From positions 40,938 through 104,937 of the forward strand of contig DF236959.1 in assembly GCA_000708835.1 (NCBI GenBank): a DNA stretch of 64,000 nt. Reading direction: 5' to 3'. Below the pieces are notes generated by a model. That model saw nothing but the letters and a program-made list of their open reading frames with translations, made no database searches and was not told the DNA's origin. The position numbers were made by a program, and so were the translations under genes. This document shows positions 33,101 to 45,147 of the stretch, in pieces. The DNA is from Klebsormidium nitens. Its lineage: Eukaryota > Plantae > Klebsormidiophyceae. Numbering within the stretch: position 1 is the first letter of the stretch; the number at the start of each line of letters is the position of its first letter.

Positions 33101-36100
33101 CCCTTAAATGGAACACACGTAGCCTAACACCCTCGAAAGTTTCAGAATCTTCATGTCTCAGTCCTCCGATGCTTATTTTCACCCTTGAACTGCGCCGCAG
33201 GGTATGGAGAAAGCGATTGTCGTGCTGGATTCAGACCCCGCCGTCACCGCCGCGGAAGCGTCCGGCGACCGCGAGGCGACCAGGACTGCGTCCATGGCCA
33301 GCGTTGGTCGCCAGCTCGCGGACGCCTCGGCCGCGCGCGCGAAGGGCGCGGTCGCGGATCCGTTCTTCGCGTTCGCGCTCGTCATCGACGGAAAGGCGCT
33401 GACGTACGCGCTCGACGACGCGCTGCGCGCGCAGTTCCTGGCGCTCGCGCAGCAGTGCGACTCGGTGAGCGCGTGAGCATAGTGGGCTCTCTCGCTAGAA
33501 ATCTTTTGACAGCTTGACTTGCAGAGGACAGCAAACACGCCCCTCGTGCGTAAACGGCAGGGCTCGTATCATGTTTCTACCAAATGTCTAGCGCTACTTT
33601 GATGAAGAGGTTCTGGCTGTATTCTCATGCATCTTCATTTGCCGTTTTGGTAGATTGTCAACCGTAACTGAGTCGCCCTTCCGGTAGGGAATCCTAGTCA
33701 GAAAGAGCTTCATATACTCCTCCCCAATCTCTGAATTCGGCATCCTACACGACTTGATGTTTACGAGCAGCTGAAGCCAGATTTAAGGGCAAAAATACTG
33801 CGAATATGTCATTTGGCCTTCTGTCAAAGTTCGAAAGCTGATGCATTTACTGAAGTCGCGTGGTCTGAATGCTCCGCAGGTAATTTGCTGCCGCGTGTCC
33901 CCTCGGCAGAAAGCCCTGGTCACTTTGATGGTCAAAAAGGGCACCGGAAAGATCTGCCTGGGCATAGGGGACGGCGCAAATGACGTTGGCATGATCCAAG
34001 CGGCGGACATCGGAGTTGGGATCAGCGGCGTTGAAGGGCAACAGGTAAGGTCCTGGCGGCGTTTTCTCCTGAGATATTCTGGCATCGTTCTATCAAACAA
34101 GAAATTGAGCAAACACCTGCTTGTCTTCTCCAATCGCAGCGCCGCTGTGCTGCTCGCGGAGGTGTAGCACTCAGACCCCTGAACATTCTTAAACCGAATA
34201 TTCCCCAGATTACAACATCGTGTTGCCAGTCACTTCTCAGAAGGGTTTCCAAATGACCTCTCAGTATCCAGAAACAAGTAGGATCTGCAACTAATACTGG
34301 GGAATGACAATGAAGGAGCACTGACTCTGAGGTAATTTCTCTCCAGGCCGTGATGGCGTCAGACTTCGCCATCTCCCAGTTCCGCTTCCTGGAGCGCCTC
34401 CTGCTCGTCCACGGCGGCTGGTGCTACAAGCGCATCTCGCGCATGGTCGCCTACTTCTTCTACAAGAACATCGTGTTCGGCCTCACGCTCTTCTGGTTCA
34501 ACGCGTTCGCCTTCTTCAGCGGGCAGACCATCTACCACGACTGGTATCTGACGATCTACAACGTCGTGTTTACGTCACTGCCTGTCGTCATCATGGGCGT
34601 GCTGGACCAGGACGTGAGCGCACGCACGCGCCTGCGCTTTCCCGCGCTGTACCAGCAGGTGAGTGGCGCCGTTCCGCTTCCGCTCGACCGCACAGATTCC
34701 TTTTTGGCCCCCATCTGCGCGCGCGCCTTGCGCTTCCCCACGCTTTACAGGCAGGTGAGTCCGGCCGTTCCGCTTCTGCTCTTTCGCACAGATTCCGTTT
34801 TGGCCCAAGTGCGGCGCGCGCTTGCGCTTCCCCGCGCTGTTACAGCAGGTGAGTGGGCGTTCCGCTTCCGATCGTTTGCAACGAATTCCTTTCGGCTCAG
34901 AGTGCGCAGATGCCTGCGCTTTCCCGCGCTGTAAGAGAACGTGAGTTGCGGGCGAACCCATTCGGTGTGCTTCCGCTCTTTCGGAGTTTCCGGCCCGACC
35001 AGAGCTCCGCCTGGAAATTCGTCACAGGAACTAGGTAGTCATAGCTGCGACGCTTGAAAGAATTGCGACACTACAGATGTTGGAATTGGGCCTGTAGAGC
35101 AAAATTGCAATCAGACCACTCTTTTCTAACCCGTTTTGATCAAGAAACCCGGTATCCAGAGCTTTGGTGGGCGCATCTGCCACACCTTCATCTCTTGAAA
35201 AATAGAGGATACGCTCAAAGGCGGACTGTAAACAGTTTCCGCTGCATATTTCGTTTCCGTAACTCGTTCCGCTCTTCCCCTCCCGCAGGGCCAGCGGAAC
35301 CTCTATTTCGGCCCCCTCAAAGTCGGCATCTGGATGCTCAACGGCCTTTATCAGTCCATCGTCTGCTTCGCCTTCGTAACTCTGCTCTACCGGATCTGGC
35401 CGGAACGGCAGAATGGACATATGGTCGGCCTGTTTGGCGCGGGAACCACGCTCTACACAGTCGTCGTCATCTGCGTCAACTGCCAGATAGCTGTTGTGAG
35501 TGACCTGCGTGCGCGCTCGACTGCATCTATTGGAAACTCTACAATCTGCTCGCATTCTATGAGTAGGTTCTTGAATGAATCCAAGGAAAAGGCCGTCGGG
35601 TTCTGCCCTCTGGTATCAGACAAGTTCTGGTCACTGTATTCTGCGCATCCGGGTCATCAACCATTGTTTCAAAATTTATTGATAGTCTGCATACGAAGTC
35701 TGCTCTGTTAACGCAGATCCGTAAAAGCGTCTCATAAGTTGACAAGCTTGGCAGCACTGTCGGTCTGAGATCAGGTCGAATCAAATCCTCAAGGGATTTC
35801 ATTAAGCGCCACGCCGTTCCCGCTTTTCAGGCAATCCAATACTGGACGTGGTTGCACCACCTGGCAATCTGGGGCAGCATCTCCCTCTGGTTCATCTTCC
35901 TCCTGGCGATCGGCATCTTCCCCATAGCTTATGTGGGCGTCGCGCGCGCGCTGTTTGTGACCGAGAACGCACCCAGCGCAGCCTTCTGGCTGCTGCTTCC
36001 GCTCGTTCTGGCCGCCGCCCTGCTGCCGGACTTCTGCGTCCGGTCATTCCTGCGGTGAGCGGAACGCCGACGACTGAGTCGACGGGCAGATCTCAGCTAA

Positions 36101-37597
36101 AGTCTTTAATTCTCATAAACATGCTTTTAGTACGCCTTTTAATCTCTCATGAAGGGCCTAAGCGTTCCGACGGGACGGGCCATTCGTGCGTTATCGTGTT
36201 CAGCTAGATGGTCAGTCTTTTAGTACACCTCTCACTGGCTCTTGGACTGTCAAGCGGGTTATCCCTTCCGGATAACATTCTGAGGAAGATGCTCTCATTC
36301 CGCTTCGACGAGCATTTGTCGAAAACAGAACGTACACTGTGATATGTTGCATGTCTGAACAGAAACATTAACTGTGTTCACCCCAAGGTGAGGCTCATCT
36401 GCACTACAGACGCGCCGTCTGCTAGCTTCGCTCTCGCGGAGCCGTGCATACTGCTGGAGTCAAGATGTGTTTGGATGACTTGCCGTGCATACACGCATAC
36501 TTTTGTGATCACACGTTCCCCCCCGCATCAAATTGGCGCACAGAGTGCGTCATCCATTTCCCAGCCAGATGGGCACCCATTGACGCAGAAAACAACGAAA
36601 TTCACTGCGGCGAGTCCCAGAACGCCTTATACTGATGGCCACCAACTCCGCTTACTTTTGCGCAGACGGTAGTGACCCAAGGACCACCACATCTGCCGAC
36701 ATTGACAACCACATGTATCAGGACTGACTTTCCCGCTCGTTTCTATCTCAAATGAAAACAGGCCCAACGTTCGCTGCTGAAGAACGTTTTCTGTTACGCA
36801 GACGGTACTGGCCCGAGGACCACCACATCTGCCAAGAACTGGAGCAAGGCCGGGAGGCGGGCTGCAAGCGGCGGATGCAGCGCGAGGAGGCGGCCGCGGT
36901 GATGCCGACGCAGATTGGATGCAGGTGGGCGCATCGCGCACGACAAGATTCATGCAACACAGACATTTGCTAGAAGTTGGAGCTGTTTGCGTCGGGTTAC
37001 AAGGTTTTACAGCATGATTCCTGATCTTGGGCCGTTCGATGCCTCCATCATAAGCGATCGGACGGTTACTGGTCAGGTACTACGCTCGAAGCGTTGAAAG
37101 CCGATGGCGGGTTTGCCGCAGAAGCCTCTAAGTACTCATACGCTCCCGAAACGTTCAGGATCCATGTTTGTCCTAGTGGGTAGTGGCGTCAACGAACATG
37201 GCTCTTGAGAAGCGTAAAATTGACTTCTCAGTGGGGCCTCTGACTTCAATGAACGCCTCTGTTGATAAAGCTATCCTGCTTTTCGGTGTCACATGTTTCT
37301 CAGCCAAAATTGGCAACCGTCATGGTCACTGTCTCATCGTGCATTCCGTTTTTGTGCAGCGCGGCGGCGGAAGACATCCGGCGGCGCAGCAGTTCCGTGG
37401 CGGACTGGCAGGAGGACAACGGATTGAACGTAGACGCGGGCACCTCGGCTCGTACAGGGAGTTGCTTGGTCGCCGGAGATAGGGACCGGATGGTCGAGCT
37501 TCAGCACATACCTGAGCATGAGCGTGACGTCAAGCATGTCAGAACGAGGAGCGGGGATGCCAAATCGGGCGAAAGCAAGCGGGTGACCGGAGTGTGA
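27176..37597 (+). CDS. ALA: P4-type ATPase, phospholipid flippase (ALA/ATP8 family), multi-exon
   Basis: [52 protein letters not shown], phosphorylation motif DKTGTLT (30139), [88 protein letters not shown]. Confidence 0.97.
34625..34950 (+). repeat. Four degenerate tandem units of about 92-96 bp, each containing the exon end plus a GTGAGT donor
   Basis: gcgctt(t)cccgcgctgt..cagcag|gtgagt recurs, with GT at 34659, 34755, 34849 and 34941. Confidence 0.9.
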
Positions 37598-38682
37598 TTG
37601 CAGCCGTCTTGTCCTGAAAGTGTTGATTCGAGACGTCGCAAGAGCGACTTTGTCAAGATCATAGGTTCGACGCCAGCAGCAGCTGGTGCAAGGAACGTCG
37701 CAATAGACTTTTTGTTATGTACACGCCTTGCTGCCGCAGCGCGGCGCTGTCTTCTGCAGTAGTGTCCAATTAGGATAAAGATGTTCTCTGGCGACAGCTC
37801 TGTTGCAAGAACCAGACCTGCGGCTAACTTTTTGTCAAACTTCGTACTGGCCCGCCGAGCGAGAGAAGCACTGACATGGTAGTGTGCCATTTTTGGCCTG
37901 GCCGCACGTATTATTCGTTGTAGCCGCCTCGGCGCACTCAGCAGGGCGGCGGCAGCGTCAGGCAAGTCTTAGTAGTTGGCAGCCAGCGGATAGCTTAAGG
38001 TCATACTCTCATTGTATACGTGTGTTTACACGTAATGTCCGATCTGCATGAGGAGTCATTTCAATCATGAGCACCATGTCATGGTCGATGATAGGCTTTA
38101 AATCGCTCCATTGCATATTGCACTCGACCGACAATGATGCTCATATGACGTGAGTGTGAGGGGACTGGCCCGTGCATGTGGCTTTGCACACGTACCGCAA
38201 TGATGGTCACTAGCTGGACTGGGCGGCAGCTAGCCGCTTAAGTAAAGCCTGCGCATATATGATGCAAGACATCAAGGCATCTCAGTATGTGCGACTGCCT
38301 TCAATTCACGTTGACCGTCGTGGCGGCCGCGCCATACACAACATGAACCGTTGAGCCCGACTCATGGATGCATTTTCTTTCGCACTGTCATGGGTCCGAT
38401 CGACGCAGTATCATATTTCGTGCAGCAATCGAAATTGAAAGCCGCCGGGCCGCGCGTCTGAAGCAGTACGTGCAAAGGATTGAACGACTACTCACGACTT
38501 GGAGCTCAACATGCGTCTATCTACACGTACCGGGACACGTACCTGATCTCTTCCATCTTGATGATTATCAGATTGGGCGGCAGGCTAGAACACATAATGG
38601 TAAGCTGACTGCTTTCTCTTTTCAGTTCTCTGCTTAGTAAGGGCCCATAGTACAACATGAGCCATATATGGACATACTATGC

Positions 38683-41600
38683 TTACAGTTTCGAATATGA
38701 TGGTAAGCGCTTCTCCAGGCGCGCTTGCATGGCTTCTTTGAGGTCGGTCGAGTTCAGGGTCGCGGAGTTCCAGGTGGCCACGTAGTCCAGGCTGTCGCTC
38801 ACGCTGTGATCTCTGCAGAAAAAGGCGACTTTATACGGATACACACGGAAGGAAGTTGCCAAGGACGCTCAGAAAAAGAGTATTACACCCGCAAAAATAC
38901 CCTGCAACTTTGCTGTTAAGATTGACCACCAGAATTGGACAAAGCGATGCAGCATAGAGCAAAAAGGTCGCACGACAGAATCTATCACCGCTAGTGCGTA
39001 TATGCGGTCAGAGAGCCTCCTCAGATCGAGAAGGCATTACAATGGAAGAGGCGAAAAACTGGCAATCGATTCCTGATACACATCAGCCTGCGAGACCGTC
39101 TTTAAGATACGGACTGCAATCTTTTTGAACGAAAGCGAGGAAGGAGACTTGGGAGCAAGACGATTTGGGGGTTCAAGTAGTTCTGGGCAACAAAGTAGAA
39201 ATCTCTAGGCTCTCTGAAAATCTGCATGCCACAGCAGCCGAACCCTCGAGACATTAGTCAATTAGTATTCACGGCACTAAGGAAAGTATCAGCATTTTGT
39301 CGACGATGAACAGAACTTCCACATCGAAACAAGGCTTAGGCGGCTCCTTCCCGGAACGACATACTTTGTCTGAGACAAGAGAATGACGATCACGCGTTCA
39401 TCAACAGAAGCAAGCCAGAGGACGTCAGAAACCCTCTTTGCAGCTCGGTATGACAGGAAAGGTCTGACGCGACGTCTTGTAGTTCGGCCCTGAAGTTACG
39501 GCGATGGGGAACCTAGCAGCTTGTGAAGACCTACCTTTTGTGGAGGAGGATTGCTTTCGTGCCCACGACCGCCAGCGGCGACTTTGCTGCGATGCTCCTC
39601 GCAATCTCGTCAACCGCGGAGTACAGCTGCTGCTGAGTGGGGAACGTTCTGCTGACCTGACACAAGAAACAGGCTGAGAATTGGTGTCTGGCGTTCATAA
39701 TAATCCCCGAGCGCATAAGATGTGAACCAGAAAACTTTTGTCAGAGTGTAAATTCGAGCGGTGACGAGCTGACGGTACGAAGAAGGACCGCCCTGATAGC
39801 ACGAAGTATTGCTCGTTCTATTTCCAGCTTTAACTGGACCTGACCTGATTGCCGCCTTTTCTGTGCCCCGCTCAAACTTTGTGGCAAAGGCCTAGGATTA
39901 CAGCCCTGTTAGTGCAGCTACAGTACCAGTAACGTACAATCTGTGGGGGAAACAGCAATAAGGAGCGGCTGCCCAGTATGCTGGCACCAGCCGGAGCCCC
40001 AGCGCGGGCGGCTATGAGCTGATGCATGAGCCGCCGCGACGATTGGCACGTACGGTAGCTCATAGTCTAGGCCTGGCCGCGCGGAGGCGGCCGCGCGCGA
40101 CACGGGGTTTTTAAAATAGGAGTCATCTCAGGAGTCAGAACACATTCGGACCGTACGAAAGAACGAAAATCGAGAAATGCCGTACGGTCCGCAAATTCCA
40201 GGATTGCAAATGATGCTCAGTCTTGCCTCCCTGGCTCAGCGCAGAATTTGAAGCGTGTCAAGGAAAGCTTGGGCCCTGATCTAGACAATGGCGCACGCTC
40301 AGGGTTCCTCTCCGTTCCCTCCCCCTGGTTTTCCCCCAAGCGATTCCTTCTCTGGCCAGGACTGGCGGCAACACGCAACTGACCGCTGGCCAATTATTGC
40401 AATTGTCGGCATCACAATCCTTTGGTTCTTGGGTGATTTCCTGCGGTTTGTGTGGCACAACATTGTGCTTGTTTTCCTTTGGGCAGCAATTGTGGCGCTG
40501 GCGGTCGGGAAGAGGTGGCATGAGGAGAGGTTAGCAGGGACGGGGTACTCGTCAATAGCAGAAGCGACCGGCTTGACCACCTCCCATGCATAGCGTGCTA
40601 GCTAACAACAGAGGTGAGGTTCCAGTCCAGTTGCAATTATGAGTGGGTATAATTTGCATCCATCAGAACAAGCAAAGCAAAAAGTTATCCAATCCTTCAA
40701 AATCTGCTTGCTTTGTTCAAGAAAGCCCTTCACTTTCCCGCACATGAACTGCAAGTGCCAGATCTAATAAACAAACCACACATACAAGCCCCAAGGCAAT
40801 CAGAAATAAGAAAATTGCGCAATCAGTGCTCCGAAAGATTATAGCCGGACTGCTTTGAGGACTATCTTCACGTTGAAAAGTGTCCTTGTAACTCTGCCTG
40901 GTGGAAAAGCATGACTGCACCGGAACTTAGAACAAAGTGAGGACGCTGGGACAGGGTTCCACAAACTTAAGGTAAACTTAAGCTGTTCAACTCAGAATAA
41001 GCATGGCTTGATCACTCAGGACAGCATGATTGTCATTCCCCAAACGGATCTTTATTGTTCCTGCAGGATCTGTCTGGGGATGCAATTTGCAAAATGATTT
41101 GTGACACCAGGCCTGACACCAAGAGGGAGTTGTTGTCAAGCATGCGCAAAGTTGATATGCTCCTGTTGAGGCAGGTGGTTGTACATAGCATACTACGTTA
41201 GAGAGTCATACTGTACGTAGCCTTTTGAGAACAGAATCGCAAGCTGTTTTTTATCCAGAAGCATGTGATGGAGCTGGTTCAATCTGTAGCAACTCGCGAT
41301 TGCCGACAGTGTTGGCTTTAGTTTCCTCATGCTTCTGATGGTAACATGATGTAGATTTGATGAGTTTGGATATGTCCACTTTCCTGATGGTGGTGGGAGC
41401 AGCCACCTGTATTTCTGTGAGCTGCGGGCCATTGGGACCGAACAGTGCTTCTTCCTGTGTCTTGGAATACCGGCGGGTGCCATCGTTCCTTAGAGAGTGG
41501 CACTATATACCGAATGAAGTGAGAGAAAGTTCGACTCACCAGTTTCAGATCCTTCGCTTCTTGTCCATCAAACTCTCGGGCTGTCAGGGCAAGTTCCCTG

Positions 41601-44229
41601 GCTATCCCTGCAAACACGTGATATACTTTCAACCACCGATGCCAAGCTGCGCTAGAATGAAAGTAGTGGACTCAGCTAGCTAGCTTTGTTGTTGACCAAT
41701 GCATATGTTTAGACTTGGTTGTCCGGCGTAAATGATGTGAGCTTGCGCATGAGTGACTGCTTTGCAGAAGTATTTGATTATGACGAATGTATGTCTAAGC
41801 TACCATATGCTTGAACACCTGGCAAGTTCTATTACGGTTTCCTATTCAAGTTATTTTGAGCGCCAACTGAATAGAGCACTGCATGTCAAACAGGATACCT
41901 TATCGGCATCCAATTGCGGTCCAAGCCCCTGCTTTCATTATTTTCTTTCGCAGCCCGTGCCGGACAACTAAACGCGATGGACGTGGTACGCCAGCCTCAA
42001 CGCTCAAAGCAGGTTCATAGTGCGACTAGAAATCCTGGCTCAAATTCGGGTACCGAAGCCCATGCATGCTTCGGTACAGATTTTTGAAGGTGATATATGC
42101 ATGCTCACCTCCAGGGACGTGCATGTGCCTATAACGTTGATGAGCAAGAAGCTCGGTATGATGAGGCTCGGGACCTACCTTCTCCAACGATCCCCGGCAG
42201 TCGCTGCAAGGTGCCGATGTCCGCCGTTATGGCTAGATCCACTTCCTGCCCAGGCACAGAAGGCAACGTGAGCGATGCCCTTCTTCACGTCCTCCCAGAC
42301 GTGGAGGATTTTGACACCGGTCTCTCAACTTCCACGGTGTCCTGACAGTTAGAGTCAGTAACATGCTCCCAATGAACAGAGGTCGAGCTCCATTGATGAT
42401 ACACAACGAGCCAAAAGATGAAGAGCAAGTGACATTGCGTCCCCAAACTTGGTCGAAAGAGAAGACATAGAAGCAGAGGATAGTATAGCCTAAGCACACC
42501 TCCAAACGTCTTAACATTGATTGTTCGACGGCTTCTCTTGTTTCGTAGACCTGTTGACATGTCAGGACGTTGAACAACTCGCTCGATCCAGTAGAGAAGT
42601 CCGAGAGGCAAGGTTCCCTCCAAAAGCTGTCGGAAGAACTTACAGCCGCTGCTTGTCGGAAACTGGTGTCGACACAGTTTCGATGAAATTAAGCCGCTCA
42701 AACACAGGCTAATTCACGTAATGGCTCACAAATGAAGAAGGCCCCCGTTTGTGCAGAGACTTTTTGAGAAAGATGAAGACTTCAAGACAGGTCGCAAAGA
42801 TTGTCATGGCTCACCTTTACACTGAAGCGTGCATCTTCTGTGCAGTACCGTATGTCACAAGCTGTGATCTGTCAGAATAACGAAAATCGTTACTCAATCG
42901 CTCTCAATCGGAGCCACTTGAAGCAAGACGTCGAAATGGTTCAAAGGTTGCTGTCGTAACAGAGGCAAACCCCTCAAACCAACAATCTTCACCTCCTGGC
43001 GCCGCAGAAAGCAGATGTGTGGGCGACAACCCAATGGTCAGTAGATAGTTTTAACCGCAATAAAATCATTTCCCTGGGTTCTCGTTTGCATCTTTCAACA
43101 TATCTAAAAACCTGGCTAGATCAGACCTGAAAAGGCTGTGTTTATGAGCTGTTGTGTCGGTCTCTGTTATCAAACACACCATAGGCTCGGAATGTGATGT
43201 GATGGTCTACTCCCCCATCTCAAAAGCTTACCATGTCAACGCCAGCGCCGATGCACGCACCATGGACAGCCGCAATGACTGGCTTCCTACACTCCTCAAA
43301 CGCTGTGAAGGACGCCTGGAGCAAAGTTTCCAGAAGAAGGAGCTCGTCAGCCTTTCAAGGGACAAGCTCGTAGGAACGATAGTGACTAGGAAATGATGGT
43401 CCATATTCCGCTTGTTTCTCCGGTTTAAATTTACTGATTGATCTACTTTCAGGATGACCACCACCTTAAGAGGCAATCACTAAAACCTCTTGAGAATAAA
43501 GAAAAGCACAGCTCACGGCCTTGCATCCAGTCATCATACAGTGACCGCTCAAATATAAGATCAATCTCCTGAAATCCACAATCCAGGAGGACGCCCTGTT
43601 ACCAGATTATACAAGACAATCAGATTGAGCAATGGCACCAACGTACCTGCATTTCCTTGATGTCTCTCCTCAGCTTCTCCTGTTCTCTGCCCTCTCCAAG
43701 GTCCTTGTTAGCAACCATAAACTGAGCCAGGCTGCTGACGTCTATGCCGGCGCAAAAGTGTCGGCCGGCCCCTTTCAAAATGATCTGCAAAGTGGAGCAC
43801 TCTGCCTTCATTCATCATTTAGTCCGTGTTGACTGCTATAGCCGCAGCAAATCTTTCATCAAGGGTCAACAGTCCATGATGCCCCTCTGGATCGCACTCA
43901 ACGGTAGCGCTCCGCTCCTATGAGGCCTTCGTGGTGCAATTATAAAGTTTACAAAGGCCAGTGTTGGATTCATTCAAAACGCATTTTTCCTGGAAGTATC
44001 TGCTTTGATCGCTGAGCCAACTCAAATGGTCAGTGTGTATACTGTAGTTGATGCAGCTTACTACACGAACGTCCCCCATATTGTCAGCCAGTCGCATCGC
44101 TTTTGGTATCTCCTCCCACATGTTCCCATTTATACTGTTGCTCTTCAGCGGCCGGTTCAAGAGCAATTCTGCAACGCCACCCTTCTTTGACAGAATGAGC
44201 GTCTCAAATTGTGAGAGCTTGGTTGCCAT
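38683..44229 (-). CDS. DCI1: Peroxisomal delta(3,5),delta(2,4)-dienoyl-CoA isomerase (crotonase superfamily)
   Basis: Exons give LLLNRPLKSNSI, GAGRHFCAGID, KPVIAAVHGACIGAGVDM, ITACDIRYCTEDARFSVK, EVDLAITADIGTLQRLP, ARELALTAREFDGQEAKDLKLVSRTF, SPLAVVGTK and LDYVATWNS. The C-terminus is YSKL-stop, a PTS1 signal. Confidence 0.93.
40288..40593 (+). CDS. Nested antisense intronless ORF, 101-aa small membrane protein with two predicted TM helices
   Basis: ATG-initiated ORF with hydrophobic segments WPIIAIVGITILWFLGDFL and IVLVFLWAAIVALAV. It lies inside the 1883-nt DCI1 intron (39657-41539). No family was recognised. Confidence 0.6.
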   Translation: MAHAQGSSPFPPPGFPPSDSFSGQDWRQHATDRWPIIAIVGITILWFLGDFLRFVWHNIVLVFLWAAIVALAVGKRWHEERLAGTGYSSIAEATGLTTSHA

Positions 44230-45147
44230 GATTGCTTGACCACCAAAACCCGCCGAACCTTTTACTCTTTGAAAACGACCTTTGCTGTGAAAGGATTCTG
44301 TGTTGGCACTGTGCCTTAAGCTGTTGATGATGTTGGGGCAAATTGACTAGTTCAGAGATTTTAGCTGCGTCCACTAGCAAACAGAGCGCAATGCAATGCT
44401 GCAATAAGCGCCGAGCTGGGGACAGCCGGCCTGCTGGGGTCAGTTGAAAGGTAACCGGAAGAGAACTCAGGATACAGATTGCGCCACGTAAATTCAAAAG
44501 GCGCCCTGGGGCTGATTCTGAGGTCTGACTCTCAGCTAGCTAGACAATGTTCCACCATAGCCAACGCATGCAGAATCTGCAGCAGATGCATGCAACTGCT
44601 AGGGCCAAGGTCAACGTCTGAGGGTCACCATGCACGAAAACAAGGCCTCTCAATTCCTTGCCAGATATGCAAATTACCACGGCGCTGGCGAAAGGGTGCG
44701 GAGGCCTTGTTTTCGAACACGTAGATCACTGTAGGCACTGGAACGGCCCTCAACCAACCCTAGGACAAGAAGACTCTATAATCGAGGCAGATGCATCAGT
44801 TTCAGCACGGGGGCTGCCACCATTTTGGTTGCTGCTTGCGCAAGAATCAAGGCACTAGGTTGTTCGTTGCAGCTGGTGACCTTTTGAGGGAAGCGGAAAA
44901 TGGGCCGGTGCTGGGTGGGTGGCCCCTAGAAAGACCACTACAAAGATGCCACCCTTTGCAGAAGCTGAGTCGAGCAGATGTTCCCAGTTGAAAAAGAAGA
45001 AATGGCATGCATTCCGAAGTTCAGGGCCAGCTTTCTTGGTTATGTATCTCGTCAACTTCTCAATCATAGAGTCCGGAGTTGAGCATTCAATCAAACACGT
45101 ACGGCTATAGAAGTGTTCCCTTCTGAGCATCTCCACTGCAAAGCAAG

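Noticed and set aside
37501-37965. 154-aa minus-strand ORF overlapping the ALA 3' end
   Set aside because: No family motif, and it overlaps the ALA last exon and UTR, so it is probably a chance ORF.
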